Source: Longimicrobiales bacterium
GTDB lineage: Bacteria > Gemmatimonadota > Gemmatimonadetes > Longimicrobiales > Gaopeijiaceae
Length of the DNA stretch: 64,000 nt
Reading direction: 5' to 3'
Assembly (NCBI GenBank): GCA_965203485.1
Contig: OZ241892.1
Coordinates: 1,024,001 to 1,088,000, forward strand
In this document: positions 8,579 through 17,822 of the stretch, in pieces
How positions within the stretch are numbered: position 1 is the first letter of the stretch
Layout: each line of letters starts with the position of its first letter
Program-made: the position numbers and the translations under genes
Notes under the pieces: model-generated
The model's database searches: none
What the model was told of the DNA's origin: nothing
Seen by the model: the letters and a program-made list of their open reading frames with translations, nothing else

Positions 8579-9625
8579 ATGCGCATTTGGAGTGGCGTTG
8601 CTGTTGCGTTGGCCACTGGCGTGCCGGATGGATCGACGCAACAGATTCTGGAAGTGGACATGGATGCCGGCCGGGAGCTCGTCGGCGGGATCGAGTACCT
8701 GTTCGACTCCAGGACTGCGGTAGTGGACTATGGTCGGCGGCTGGTGATGGTCTCGGAGGCTGCCGATCCATTGGCCGTGACGGCCTACTCGCTGGACGAC
8801 GGTTCGGTGCAAGGCATCTTCGGAGGCGGCCAGCTGGGCGACGGGCCCGGCGAACTCACGCACTTGGAGGCAGTGGCCGTTGGATCAGACGGCGTCTTCG
8901 TGGCCGGAAGAGGCAGGGTGCTCCACTGGAGTTGGTCGGGCGTCCTTCTCCATCGATGGAGGCCGACCGCACCGGGAACGAACGCTCTATGCGCATTGAA
9001 CGGCCGTCCCGCCGTTCCGTTGCAGGACAAGGGGGTGGTGTTCCGTGGCGACGACGGCGAGAGCGTTGCGTTGGGCGGAGAAGCCCGATCCGAATTGGAC
9101 TGGTCCGCGGCCTCTAGGCGCGATGACCTTCTCGATATCTTTACCGCCTACGGTCAAGCCAAGGTGGCATGTGCTGATTCGGCGGCATATGTGCTGGCCG
9201 GCATGAACCATGTGCTCACGGAGTACAAGACGGGAGCGGAGCCGCGCTTGGTCGCGATGCCCGCAGAGTTGGTGGAAGCGGCACGCAAGAGAATGGAAGA
9301 ATCCAGCCAGAACGCCTTTTATCCTGGGTACGAGACCCTGTTCCTGGCCGACGACGGTCGGCTTGTCGTCACGACGTTGGCGTACGGGCTGGCGGGAGCG
9401 GTCGTGGACCGGAAGACGGGCTGTTACGCACTGTTGAAGAACAAGCCCAATCCGCCCGCATGGAGCTACGTCGGGATGTTCGCCGACAGCCTCGTGACGC
9501 TGGAGGGCAGCCGACAACCGACGACGATGGTTTTGGACGGAAAGGAACGTCGCGTGTTTGTATCGGACGAGACGCACATCTTCGTGCGCCCGGTTCGGCC
9601 CGCATCGGGCCAGCCCTGTACGTAG
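8579..9625 (+). CDS. Secreted beta-propeller protein (GDGPGE motif), cassette copy 2
   Basis: MRIWSGVAVALATG...GQLGDGPGEL...RPASGQPCT*. Paralog of 270-1427. Confidence 0.8.
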   Translation: MRIWSGVAVALATGVPDGSTQQILEVDMDAGRELVGGIEYLFDSRTAVVDYGRRLVMVSEAADPLAVTAYSLDDGSVQGIFGGGQLGDGPGELTHLEAVAVGSDGVFVAGRGRVLHWSWSGVLLHRWRPTAPGTNALCALNGRPAVPLQDKGVVFRGDDGESVALGGEARSELDWSAASRRDDLLDIFTAYGQAKVACADSAAYVLAGMNHVLTEYKTGAEPRLVAMPAELVEAARKRMEESSQNAFYPGYETLFLADDGRLVVTTLAYGLAGAVVDRKTGCYALLKNKPNPPAWSYVGMFADSLVTLEGSRQPTTMVLDGKERRVFVSDETHIFVRPVRPASGQPCT

Positions 9626-9724
9626 CGGGACGCTCTTCAACGCGGCGCACCGTTGCGTTGTGAGACTGTCTGGAGGGAGCAAGGTTGCGAAACGTTATGG
9701 AACTCGACGAGTTGCACATGCCAA

Positions 9725-10385
9725 CCGTTCCGTCTGGGAAAGCGACTACGACCCATGTGGAACTCGCCCTCACATTTCGCACTGACATGCGCATTTGGAG
9801 TGGCGTTGCTGTTGCGTTGGCCACTGGCGTGCCGGAGGGAGCGACGCAACAGATTCTGGCAGTGGACATGGATGCCGGGCGAGAGGTCGGCCGCACCGGG
9901 AACGAAGGCTCTTTGCGCATTGAACGGCCGTCTCGCCGTCCCGTTGCAGGAGAATGGGGTGGTGTTCCGTGGCGACGCCGGCGAGAGCGTTGCATTGAGC
10001 GGAGAAGCCCGATCCGAATTGGACTGGTCCGTGGCCTCTAGGCGCTGTGACCTTCTCGATATCTCTATCGTCTACGGTCAAGCCAAGGTGGCATGTGCTG
10101 ATTCGACGGCATATGTGTTGGCCGGCACGGACCACGTGCTCACGGAGTACAAGACGGGAGCGGAGCCGCGCTTGGTCGCGATGCCCGCAGAGTTGGTGGA
10201 AGCCGCGCGCAAGAGAATGGAACAACCCAGCGGGAATGCCTTTTATCCTGGGTACGAGGCCCTTCCTGGCCGACGACGGTCGGCTCGTCATCTTGTACGT
10301 TGGCGTACGGATTGGCCGGAGCGGTCATGGACCGGACCATGGGCTGTTACGCGCTGGACAAGCCCAATTCCGCGCCCGTATGGAG
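9725..10385 (+). pseudogene. Decayed third peptide/propeller cassette
   Basis: Peptide tail VWESDYDPCGTRPHISH* ends at 9785. The propeller starts at ATG 9787 with a large internal deletion near 9885 and later frameshifts. Confidence 0.85.
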
Positions 10386-10561
10386 CCACGGCGCGCGCGT
10401 CCCATTCGGCCATGTACGCGTCCCGGTGGGCGTTGCATCGTTTTGGTAGACAGCGACCGACGCGGTTCCTCTCTGCGATCGGGAGCGACCCGAGCCCGTC
10501 CGTGCGGGGACGCCGGGTGACGATTACGCTGGGCGGAAGGTAGCCCGCTGACACCGGAGGA

Positions 10562-10978
10562 GTGCCGATGAACTTCGAGAATTGGCTTGGGACGCTGACC
10601 ACCGTCGCGATCATGTGCGGCGCGATGCTTGCCTTGGGGCGGTGGCTCCGGACGCAGACGGCGGATCAGATCGCCGTCCTCAAGGTGTCGATGGACCAGC
10701 AGTTTGCCGTGGTGGACCAGCGCTTCGCTGCCGTGGACCAGCGCTTCATTGCCGTGGACCAGCGCTTCGCCTCCATCAAGGAATCCATGGACCGGATGTC
10801 GCGGGAGAACAAGGAGGAGCACGCGGACATCCGGCGGAGCATCCAAGAGGCCACTCGGCAAGTGCTGGGGGTCATGGACCGGCGTTTCGAGGACACTGGC
10901 AAGCGGATGGACGAAATGAGCAAGCGCATCGACGACCTGCGCTCCCACGTCGATGCCGCCGGAGGGAGGGCGGCTTGA
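10562..10978 (+). CDS. Small TM-anchored coiled-coil protein with VDQRFxA heptad repeats
   Basis: GGAGG RBS, N-terminal TM helix, 21-bp tandem repeat GTGGACCAGCGCTTC at ~10690-10770. Confidence 0.75.
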   Translation: MPMNFENWLGTLTTVAIMCGAMLALGRWLRTQTADQIAVLKVSMDQQFAVVDQRFAAVDQRFIAVDQRFASIKESMDRMSRENKEEHADIRRSIQEATRQVLGVMDRRFEDTGKRMDEMSKRIDDLRSHVDAAGGRAA

Positions 10979-11029
10979 GCGCGTCGCCCACGCCGGGCAA
11001 CTCCCCCGGCCGGACGCCGGGACCGCACT

Positions 11030-11247
11030 GACAACTCCGGGCGCGCCTGCACTCCGGCCCCGCAACCCGAACGCGCCTCGGTGCCAGCGCCACCCGCGCT
11101 TCCTGGCGCTCCGAATCCTCGTCCACCCGCGTGATCCGTCACTCCGGCCGTAGCCCCATCATCCGCTCCACCCACTCCCGCATCTCCAAGAGTCACGCCG
11201 TCCCCCCAGTCCGTTCTACGGCGCCCACCGAAACAGGGGTAAGAGCC
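11030..11247 (-). mobile_element. ISL3-family remnant (left IR plus 5' fragment), inverted relative to 7720
   Basis: The reverse complement starts GGCTCTTACCCCTGTTTCGGTGGGCG and aligns with 7720-7950. Confidence 0.85.
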
Positions 11248-11259
11248 GAAGGGCAGGTC

Positions 11260-11610
11260 CTACGGCGCCACGCCGAACAGCACCAGCGGGACCGCCGGCG
11301 TGCTCCTCCCCTGCCGGATCAGGTTGTAGAGCTCCCCTTCGTAGTACCCCGGTCCGGAGGACATCTCCGCCTGGAGTTCCTTCATCGGCAGAATCTCGAC
11401 GCCCACGTCGATCTTGTCGCCGACGAAAAACGCCATGTGCTTGACGAAGATGTCGAACGCCACAAATGCATATTTGCCGAACTGCACTTCGACAGCCACT
11501 CGTTGCTTGACGTAGTCGGTCTGATTGTACGAATAGATCGGTAGTTCGAAGCGATGGACCATCATCCATTCCAGGCCGTTCAGATGGGAGTATCGCTCAA
11601 CAATGCGCAC
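11260..11610 (-). pseudogene. BglII/BstYI-family restriction endonuclease, internally deleted
   Basis: YSHLNGLE N-terminus joined to SYNQTDYVKQRVAVEVQFGKY...EMSSGPGYYEGE. Only 116 aa, shorter than the ~200 aa expected for this family. Confidence 0.75.
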
Positions 11611-11612
11611 GG

Positions 11613-12490
11613 CTAATGGCCCCCTCCGGCCAAGGAGGGATCGTATATCGGTTTGTGCATGGGGCGGGTGCGCAACACGCCGGCGTCCAGGTTACGAACG
11701 CGCTGACGGGCGATCTCGACGTACTCGGCGACCACGTCGCAGCCGAAGGCGGCGCGTCCGTGCTTCCGAGCAGCCACCAACGACGACCCAACGCCCATGT
11801 AGGGGTCAAGGACGGCGTTGCCCTGCTCGGTCATGGACAAGACCAGCCGCTCCACGAGTTCGACGGGAAACTGACACGGATGCATCGTCTTCTCGACGTG
11901 GTTGGCCTTTACGTTCGGGATGTCCGAGACGTCCGAGGGATTCTTTCCCAACGGGTTTCCCGACCGCTTGCCCCTGTTCGGCCCCTTGAAGTACTTCTTG
12001 CCCGGATACTTAGAGGGGATCCGAACGGGATCAACGTCGAAGTAGTAATCGTCCGACGTCGTCAACCACAATATCGTCTCGTATCGCCCGGAAAACCGCT
12101 TTGTGCAGTGCAGTCCATGGCCGAAATGCCAGACAATGCGATTGCGCAGTCGCAACCCATGGGACTTGAACACGTCGTACAGCACAATGTCCAACGGAAC
12201 ACCTCGCGGCCGCGCACGTGGTTGCCCACCTGCCAGCAAAGCGATCCCCGCGAATCAAGAACTCGGACGCATTCGGCGATTGTCGCCGCCTGTTCTTCCA
12301 AGTACCGTTCGAGGCTTGTGCGCGTCTCGTATGATTTTCCGATGTTGTAGGGAGGAGAAGTGACGACTAGATGCATCGAGTCGCTGGGCAACGTTGCGAG
12401 AAAGTCCAAGTTGTCGGCGCATTCGATTCTCACGGCTAGGTCGGGGTTGGGGCCGTTCGCGATGTCGGCGCCGAGCAAGTATTGGGTCAA
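11613..12490 (-). pseudogene. N4/N6 DNA methyltransferase (beta class), frameshifted near 12196
   Basis: TSPPYN motif IV in one frame, HPCQFP and LDPYMGVGS in the next. Split at GTGTTCCGTTG (one C short). TTG start with a GGAGAG RBS. Confidence 0.8.
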
Positions 12491-12920
12491 TCGTGTCTCT
12501 CCGGTTGGAGCGTCTCGAAAACATCGGAAGGAATGCGCGAACGGTACCAAACGGCCAGGGGCGGGTCAAGGCGGCCGGTCGAATGGAGCGGCGAGTCGCC
12601 AAGACGGGCCGGTCTGCGTGCCGGGCGTGCGCGCGGGGGAGGGCAACGCCGGTCCACCACGAGGCGAGCCGCGAAGGGCGCCGTGGGCGGCGATCGTCAA
12701 CGAGCGCGAGGCCAGGCGGGCGCCGTCGTCGGCCAAACGGGAAACCGAGCCCGTGACGCGAGGAGGGCGTGGCAGGCGTTGCGTGGCGGCTGCCGGGACG
12801 CGGCGGGCTCGCGGCCGCCGGCCCGTCGCCTGCCGAATCGCGGGGATGGGGCGAGGCGTCCCTTCATCCAGCGAGCGAGTTCGCGCGGTGGCCCTCGCGC
12901 GGCTGCCCGTCGCCCTGGAT

Positions 12921-12949
12921 TTGCCATCTGCGAATCGATTCGTTATAGT
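12921..12949 (+). promoter_or_regulatory. sigma70 promoter TTGCCA-N17-TATAGT driving the putative ncRNA
   Basis: Near-consensus hexamers with a 17-bp spacer, in an AT-rich patch. Confidence 0.75.
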
Positions 12950-12954
12950 TCCTA

Positions 12955-13421
12955 GCCCGGCGACCGAGGGCGCGGATCGAGAGTGACGCGCCGGGGGCGG
13001 CCCGCGAGGGAAGCCTCGGCAGTCGCCGGACCACGGGAGCCGGAGGGCTTCAGGGAAGGGGGAGGGCGGTCCGAGAGGAACGACCGGCCCCGGAAGGGAG
13101 TCCTTCGGAACTCGGACGCGCCGAGGAGGCCGCGAGCAGCGTTGCGAGACGCGGGGAGCGGGTTCCACGGCGAGCGCGGCGCCCCGATTCGGCGGGAGCC
13201 GCGACGGTTGCAAGGTCGCTGGACGCAACCGGAGTCCCCGGGAACGGGGGCGGCCCGGACCGCGGAGAACGCCGGAGACGGCGGAGGAGGCGGGACGGGA
13301 GAAGAGCACGGAGGACCGTGCCGTCGCACACGGCGGCGCCGAAACGGAACCCTCCCGCTCGCCAGCGAGACGGAGCCCCCGGCCGGGCGGTGTGCCTCCC
13401 GCCGGGGGCTCTTCTTTTTTT
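12955..13421 (+). ncRNA. Putative ~465-nt multi-hairpin structured RNA (unassigned family)
   Basis: Bounded by promoter and terminator, with many GNRA/UUCG-capped stems. Conserved in a diverged paralog that has indels, so no conserved ORF. Lacks RNase P (GAGGAAAGUCC) and tmRNA (T-loop/CCA) signatures. Confidence 0.65.
13373..13421 (+). terminator. Intrinsic terminator
   Basis: GAGCCCCCGGC/GCCGGGGGCTC stem followed by TTCTTTTTTT. Confidence 0.85.
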
Positions 13422-13439
13422 GCGCCTTGTTCGCGCCGT

Positions 13440-13638
13440 CGGGTTACATTTGACGGCTTGCTCGTTGCCGGTCCCTTGGAACCGAAGGCGGGTCGGTTCC
13501 GTAAGTGTCCGAAGGCGCTTGGCCGCACATCCCCCCCCCCCCCCCCCCCTCAACCCGGTCTCCCCCGCGCGGGAATCCAACGGACCGGCGAGAAACACCC
13601 GGAGCGCCGCCCTCCCCGGAAGGCGGCGAGCGCAACCC
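13440..13638 (+). promoter_or_regulatory. rpsA promoter/structured 5' leader containing a C19 tract
   Basis: TACATT -10-like element at 13445-13450. Hairpins GGAACCG/CGGTTCC, CCGGTC/GACCGG and CGCCGCC/GGCGGCG are also found in the paralog at 7210-7395. Confidence 0.55.
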
Positions 13639-15828
13639 ATGACCGAGACAAGGGGTCCCGCTGGGGCCGGCGCGCGCCGGTCCCGGCCCGCACCGCGATT
13701 CGACCCGGACGACATCTCTCCGGAGTTCGTCCACGACACCTACGGCGAGGAAGTCCTCGACATCTCGAGCGACGCCTTCGAGGCGATGCTCGCCGAGCAC
13801 CAGACCGCGCGGGGCGACATCCGCGAAGGGGAGATCGTCAATGCCCGGGTTCTCCGGGTGACCGACGCGACGGTGATCCTCGAGTTCGGCTTCAAGAGCG
13901 AGGGCGCGGTCTCCATCGACGAGTTCAAGGACTCGGACGGCGTGGAGCCGGGCCAGGAAGTCGAAGTTCTGCTGGAGAGCCTGGAAGACGACGACGGCGT
14001 GGTCGTCCTTTCCAAGAAGAAGGCCGACTTCCTGCGCGTCTGGGAGCTGATCCGCGACGCCTACGAGAACGACCGGCCGGTCAGCGGTCTCCTCACCCGC
14101 AAGATCAAGGGCGGCGTGACGGTGGACATCATGGGGGTGGACGCCTTCCTTCCCGGTTCGCAGATCGCCCTTCGGCGGGTGCCCAACATCGAGGACCGCA
14201 TCGGGGAGACCTACGACTTCAAGATCATCAAGCTCAACAAGCGCCGCCGCAACATCGTCGTCTCGCGCCGGGTCATCCTGGAGCAGGAGCGCAAGGCGAA
14301 GCGCTCGACGCTGGTCAAGGAGCTGCTGAAGGGCCAGGTCCGGGAAGGGGTCGTCAAGAACATCACCGACTTCGGCGCCTTCGTGGATCTGGGCGGCCTG
14401 GACGGCCTGCTTCACATCACCGACATGTCGTGGGGCCGCGTGGGCCACCCGTCCGAAGTGGTGGACATCGGTGCGACCCTGGACGTCAAGGTGCTGGACG
14501 TCGACTGGAACCGCGAGCGCATCTCGTTGGGGCTCAAGCAGCTCCTCCCGTATCCGTGGAACGACATCGCCGACCGCTACCCGGTGGGCGCGCGCGTGCG
14601 GGGCAAGGTCGTCTCGATCACGAACTACGGCGCGTTCGTGGAGTTGCAGAGGGGCGTCGAAGGGCTCGTGCACATTTCCGAGATGTCGTGGACGAGGAAC
14701 GTGCGCCATCCCTCCAAGCTGGTGTCGGTGGGCGACGAGATCGAAGCGGTGGTCCTGCGCGTGGACCAGAAGGAAGAGAAGATCTCGCTGGGCATGAAGC
14801 AGACGGAAGAGGACCCGTGGCTCGCCTTGCCGCAGAAGCGCCCGCCGGGCACGCGCCTGTCGGGGACGGTCCGCAACCTCACGACGTACGGCGCGTTCGT
14901 CGAGATCGAGCCGGGGATCGACGGCTTGGTCCACGTGTCCGACATGAGCTGGACGAAGCACGTGGAGCACCCGTCGGAAGTGGTCCGCAAGGGTAGCCAG
15001 ATCGAAGTGATGGTCCTCGAGGTGGACTCGGACAAGAAGCGGGTGTCGCTCGGCGTCAAGCAGCTCGCCGACGATCCGTGGCCCGATCTGGTGGTGCGGT
15101 TCTCGGCCGGGGTGCAGCTGGACGCGACCGTGGTTCGAGTGCGCGACAAGGGCGTGCTCGTCAACTTGGGCGACGACGTGGAGGGCTTCGTGCCGGCCGC
15201 TCGCGCGGGCGTCGACTCGGGCGTGCTCGGCGAGCACTTCCGGGCGGGCGAAACCGTGGCCGTGCGGGTCGTGACGGCCGACGCCGGAGAACGCCGGATC
15301 GACCTTGAAGTCCTCGAGGCCCCGGAGCGGCGCAAGGCCGGTCCCGCTGGGGACGCCGCGGGAGACGACGAGGCGGCGGAGGAGGCCGGGACCGGGAAGA
15401 CGGCGTCCGAGCGCAAGGACGGGGAACCGGAAGAAGCCGTTGCGGGCGGAGAAGGCCGTGAGGGCGACGCGACCGCTCCCGTTCCCGAGGATTCGGAGCC
15501 GGAAGGAGCGGCCGCGGACGGAAAGGGCCGTGAAGACGGCAAGACCGAGTCGGCTCCTGAGGATTCGGAGCCGGAGTCCGAGACCGACGTTGCGCCCGCG
15601 CCCCTGGCCGACGAGCCGGAGTCCGAGGCCGAAGCTGCGGCGGTCCCGGAGGTCGGCGAGCCCGGGAGGCCCGAGACGGACGCCGCGGCCGATCCCCATC
15701 CGCCTGCTCCCGAGGATGCCGAGCCCGGCGGTGGGACCGCCGAAGCCGCCGAGAACTCCCCCGAGGCCGACGACGGCTCCGGTCGGCAGGGAGAGGCCGA
15801 CGCCCCCGCCGGCGAGCGCGGCGGCTAG
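13639..15828 (+). CDS. rpsA: 30S ribosomal protein S1 with long acidic C-terminal tail
   Basis: Repeated S1 domains (FGAFVDLGGLDGLLHITDMSW, YGAFVELQRGVEGLVHISEMSW). Confidence 0.97.
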   Translation: MTETRGPAGAGARRSRPAPRFDPDDISPEFVHDTYGEEVLDISSDAFEAMLAEHQTARGDIREGEIVNARVLRVTDATVILEFGFKSEGAVSIDEFKDSDGVEPGQEVEVLLESLEDDDGVVVLSKKKADFLRVWELIRDAYENDRPVSGLLTRKIKGGVTVDIMGVDAFLPGSQIALRRVPNIEDRIGETYDFKIIKLNKRRRNIVVSRRVILEQERKAKRSTLVKELLKGQVREGVVKNITDFGAFVDLGGLDGLLHITDMSWGRVGHPSEVVDIGATLDVKVLDVDWNRERISLGLKQLLPYPWNDIADRYPVGARVRGKVVSITNYGAFVELQRGVEGLVHISEMSWTRNVRHPSKLVSVGDEIEAVVLRVDQKEEKISLGMKQTEEDPWLALPQKRPPGTRLSGTVRNLTTYGAFVEIEPGIDGLVHVSDMSWTKHVEHPSEVVRKGSQIEVMVLEVDSDKKRVSLGVKQLADDPWPDLVVRFSAGVQLDATVVRVRDKGVLVNLGDDVEGFVPAARAGVDSGVLGEHFRAGETVAVRVVTADAGERRIDLEVLEAPERRKAGPAGDAAGDDEAAEEAGTGKTASERKDGEPEEAVAGGEGREGDATAPVPEDSEPEGAAADGKGREDGKTESAPEDSEPESETDVAPAPLADEPESEAEAAAVPEVGEPGRPETDAAADPHPPAPEDAEPGGGTAEAAENSPEADDGSGRQGEADAPAGERGG

Positions 15829-15838
15829 AGGGGCCGCG

Positions 15839-17788
15839 ATGGGCGGACCGCGCCGCCGGCGCCCGTGGCCGGTCATCGGCGCCGCCGCCGCGACCGACGC
15901 GACCGGCTTCGCCCTCCCGCGCGCGTCGGCCGGGCGTCGGGTTGCGACGGTTCCGCGCCCGTTCAAAGGGGTTCTTGCGGCGGCGCTGTGGGCGGCCTGC
16001 ATCCCGGCGGGCCCAGAGGACGCCTCGGCCCCTTTTCCGATCCCCAGCAGCTATCCGCCGATCGAGTCCGGCGGCTATTCGCCTGCCGACCACGCGAGCG
16101 CGGACCGCCTCCTCGTCGCGGCCCGAGAGGCTCTCGTGGCGCGGCAGTACGCGGCGGCGCTCGCGGCCGCCGTGCAGGTCGAGGACCGTCACGCCACCGT
16201 TCCCGGATCCTCGGAGGCCCTCTGGATCGTCGCCTTCGCGGCCCGCGGCGAGAGCCGCCACGCCGAAGCCGCGGAGACGGCCGGCGCCTTGGCCGACCTG
16301 CTGGGCGAAGACCACCCCGCGTTCCCCGAGGTGCAGGACTTCCGCGCCGGGGCCCTGTTCGACGCGGGCGCCTTCCTGGCGGCGGCCGAGGCGACGCTCC
16401 AGTTGCCCGAACGGGCGTACACCGAGGCCTCGGCCGCCCGCTTGGAGGCGGCGGTGGGCCGTCTGGGCCGCGACGATCTGAGACGCCTGGCCGCCGCCGC
16501 CCCGGACGGCGTCCCCGGCGAGCGCTTCGCCCCGGTGCTGGCCGAGCTGGCGCTCGCGACCGCCTACGCCTACGACGCGGAGGCGGCGCGCGCGTACGCG
16601 GAGCAGGCGCGCCGGGCGGGAGCGTCGGGCAGGGCGGCCCGCATCGCGGCGGCCGTGCTGGACGGCGACGTGTCGGCGCTCGGGGTGGCCGCGCCGCTGA
16701 TCGGTGTTGTGTTGCCGATCACCGGCTCGCCCGCGAACCGGGCGTACGCGGAATCGTTCCTGGAGGGCGTCGAGTTGGCGTCCGCGGCGGCGCGCCGCTC
16801 GGGCGTGCGCGTGGACGTTGCGGTCGAGGACAACCGCGGCACTGCGCGGGGCAGCGCGCGCAGCGTGCGGACGCTGGCGACGAAGGACGCCGTGGCGATC
16901 CTGGGCCCGCTCCGCGACGAGAACGTCTCCGAGGCCGCTCGCGCCAAGCCGGGCCGGGTTCCGCTGTTCTCGCCGACGGCCCAGCGCGTTTCCGCCGCGG
17001 ACGGCGTCTACAGCCTGGGCGCGGCGAGCCCGCTGGCCGCCCGGACGCTCGCTCGCTCGCTGGCCGGGCTCGGACACGCGACGGCGGTCGTGCTGCACGG
17101 GTCCGGCCACGGCGAGGTGCTGGAGGCGCGAGCGTTCGCGGACGCCTTCGCGGAGGCCGGAGGCGTAGTGGAGCGGCACGTCGAGTACCCGAGCGGCGCG
17201 ACGACGTTCCTCGAGCCGCTGGCCGAAGTGGAGCCGCTGGCGCCGGAGCTGCTGGTGGTGCTTTCGTCCCCAACGGACCTGGAGCTGCTCGCGCCGCAGA
17301 TGTCGTTCATGGGGCTGGACACGCTCGGCATCCAAGTCGCGGGCACGTCGGCGTGGACCTCTCCCGAGGTGACGAGTTCGGTGGCCCAACGCCACACGGA
17401 CCGCGTGATCGCCGTGAGTTCCACGCCGCCGGCCGAGCCCGGTGGTTCGAGCGAGCCCGCCGCCGCCTTCCGCGCCGCCTACGAGGATCGCTTCCGCAAG
17501 ACGCTCCAAAGCGGCGTGCCCGCCGTCGCCTTCGACCTGTTCCGGATGGCGCTCGCGGCGCACGGCGAAGGCCGGACGAGACCCGGCGGGGCGGCTGTCG
17601 GCGTCGAGAGCATGAGGCGCTTCCGGGGCGTGACCGGCACGTTCTCGGTCGTGGACGGAAGGCTCGAGCGCGAAGCGTTTCCCGTCCGCATCTTCCAGGG
17701 CGAGTTCCTTGCGGTCGACGCGGAGCTCCCCGAGGACGAGCGGCGCAGAACCCCTCCGCCCCGAACCCGGGTGCGCGGCGAGGCGTGA
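15839..17788 (+). CDS. LppC/LpoA-like lipoprotein with periplasmic-binding-protein domain (start uncertain)
   Basis: Lipobox-like LWAAC, helical TPR-like region, IGVVLPITG...[15 protein letters not shown]. Confidence 0.7.
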   Translation: MGGPRRRRPWPVIGAAAATDATGFALPRASAGRRVATVPRPFKGVLAAALWAACIPAGPEDASAPFPIPSSYPPIESGGYSPADHASADRLLVAAREALVARQYAAALAAAVQVEDRHATVPGSSEALWIVAFAARGESRHAEAAETAGALADLLGEDHPAFPEVQDFRAGALFDAGAFLAAAEATLQLPERAYTEASAARLEAAVGRLGRDDLRRLAAAAPDGVPGERFAPVLAELALATAYAYDAEAARAYAEQARRAGASGRAARIAAAVLDGDVSALGVAAPLIGVVLPITGSPANRAYAESFLEGVELASAAARRSGVRVDVAVEDNRGTARGSARSVRTLATKDAVAILGPLRDENVSEAARAKPGRVPLFSPTAQRVSAADGVYSLGAASPLAARTLARSLAGLGHATAVVLHGSGHGEVLEARAFADAFAEAGGVVERHVEYPSGATTFLEPLAEVEPLAPELLVVLSSPTDLELLAPQMSFMGLDTLGIQVAGTSAWTSPEVTSSVAQRHTDRVIAVSSTPPAEPGGSSEPAAAFRAAYEDRFRKTLQSGVPAVAFDLFRMALAAHGEGRTRPGGAAVGVESMRRFRGVTGTFSVVDGRLEREAFPVRIFQGEFLAVDAELPEDERRRTPPPRTRVRGEA

Positions 17789-17822
17789 TCCGCGCGCGGC
17801 CCGAGTCCCGCCGCCGCGTCCG

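Noticed and set aside
1..10385. Diversity-generating retroelement as the source of cassette variation
   Set aside because: No reverse transcriptase in the window, and the differences include indels and are not adenine-specific.
10690..10770. CRISPR-like repeats
   Set aside because: In-frame 21-bp coding repeats with no spacers and no cas genes.
2438..11247. A single ISL3 element carrying ~8 kb of cargo between the right end at 2438 and the left end at 11247
   Set aside because: The orientation is compatible, but the flanks (ACAGCTTT vs GAAGGGCA) show no target duplication.
12955..13421. Assignment of the structured RNA to RNase P, tmRNA, SRP or a group II intron
   Set aside because: CAGTCGC is present, but there is no GAGGAAAGTCC, no tRNA-like T-loop/CCA end, no SRP loop and no domain V motif.
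12482..13739. Overlapping ORFs across the RNA region, and the long N-terminal extension of S1 from 13318
   Set aside because: Frames are not preserved in the paralogous copy, and the extension would span a terminator.
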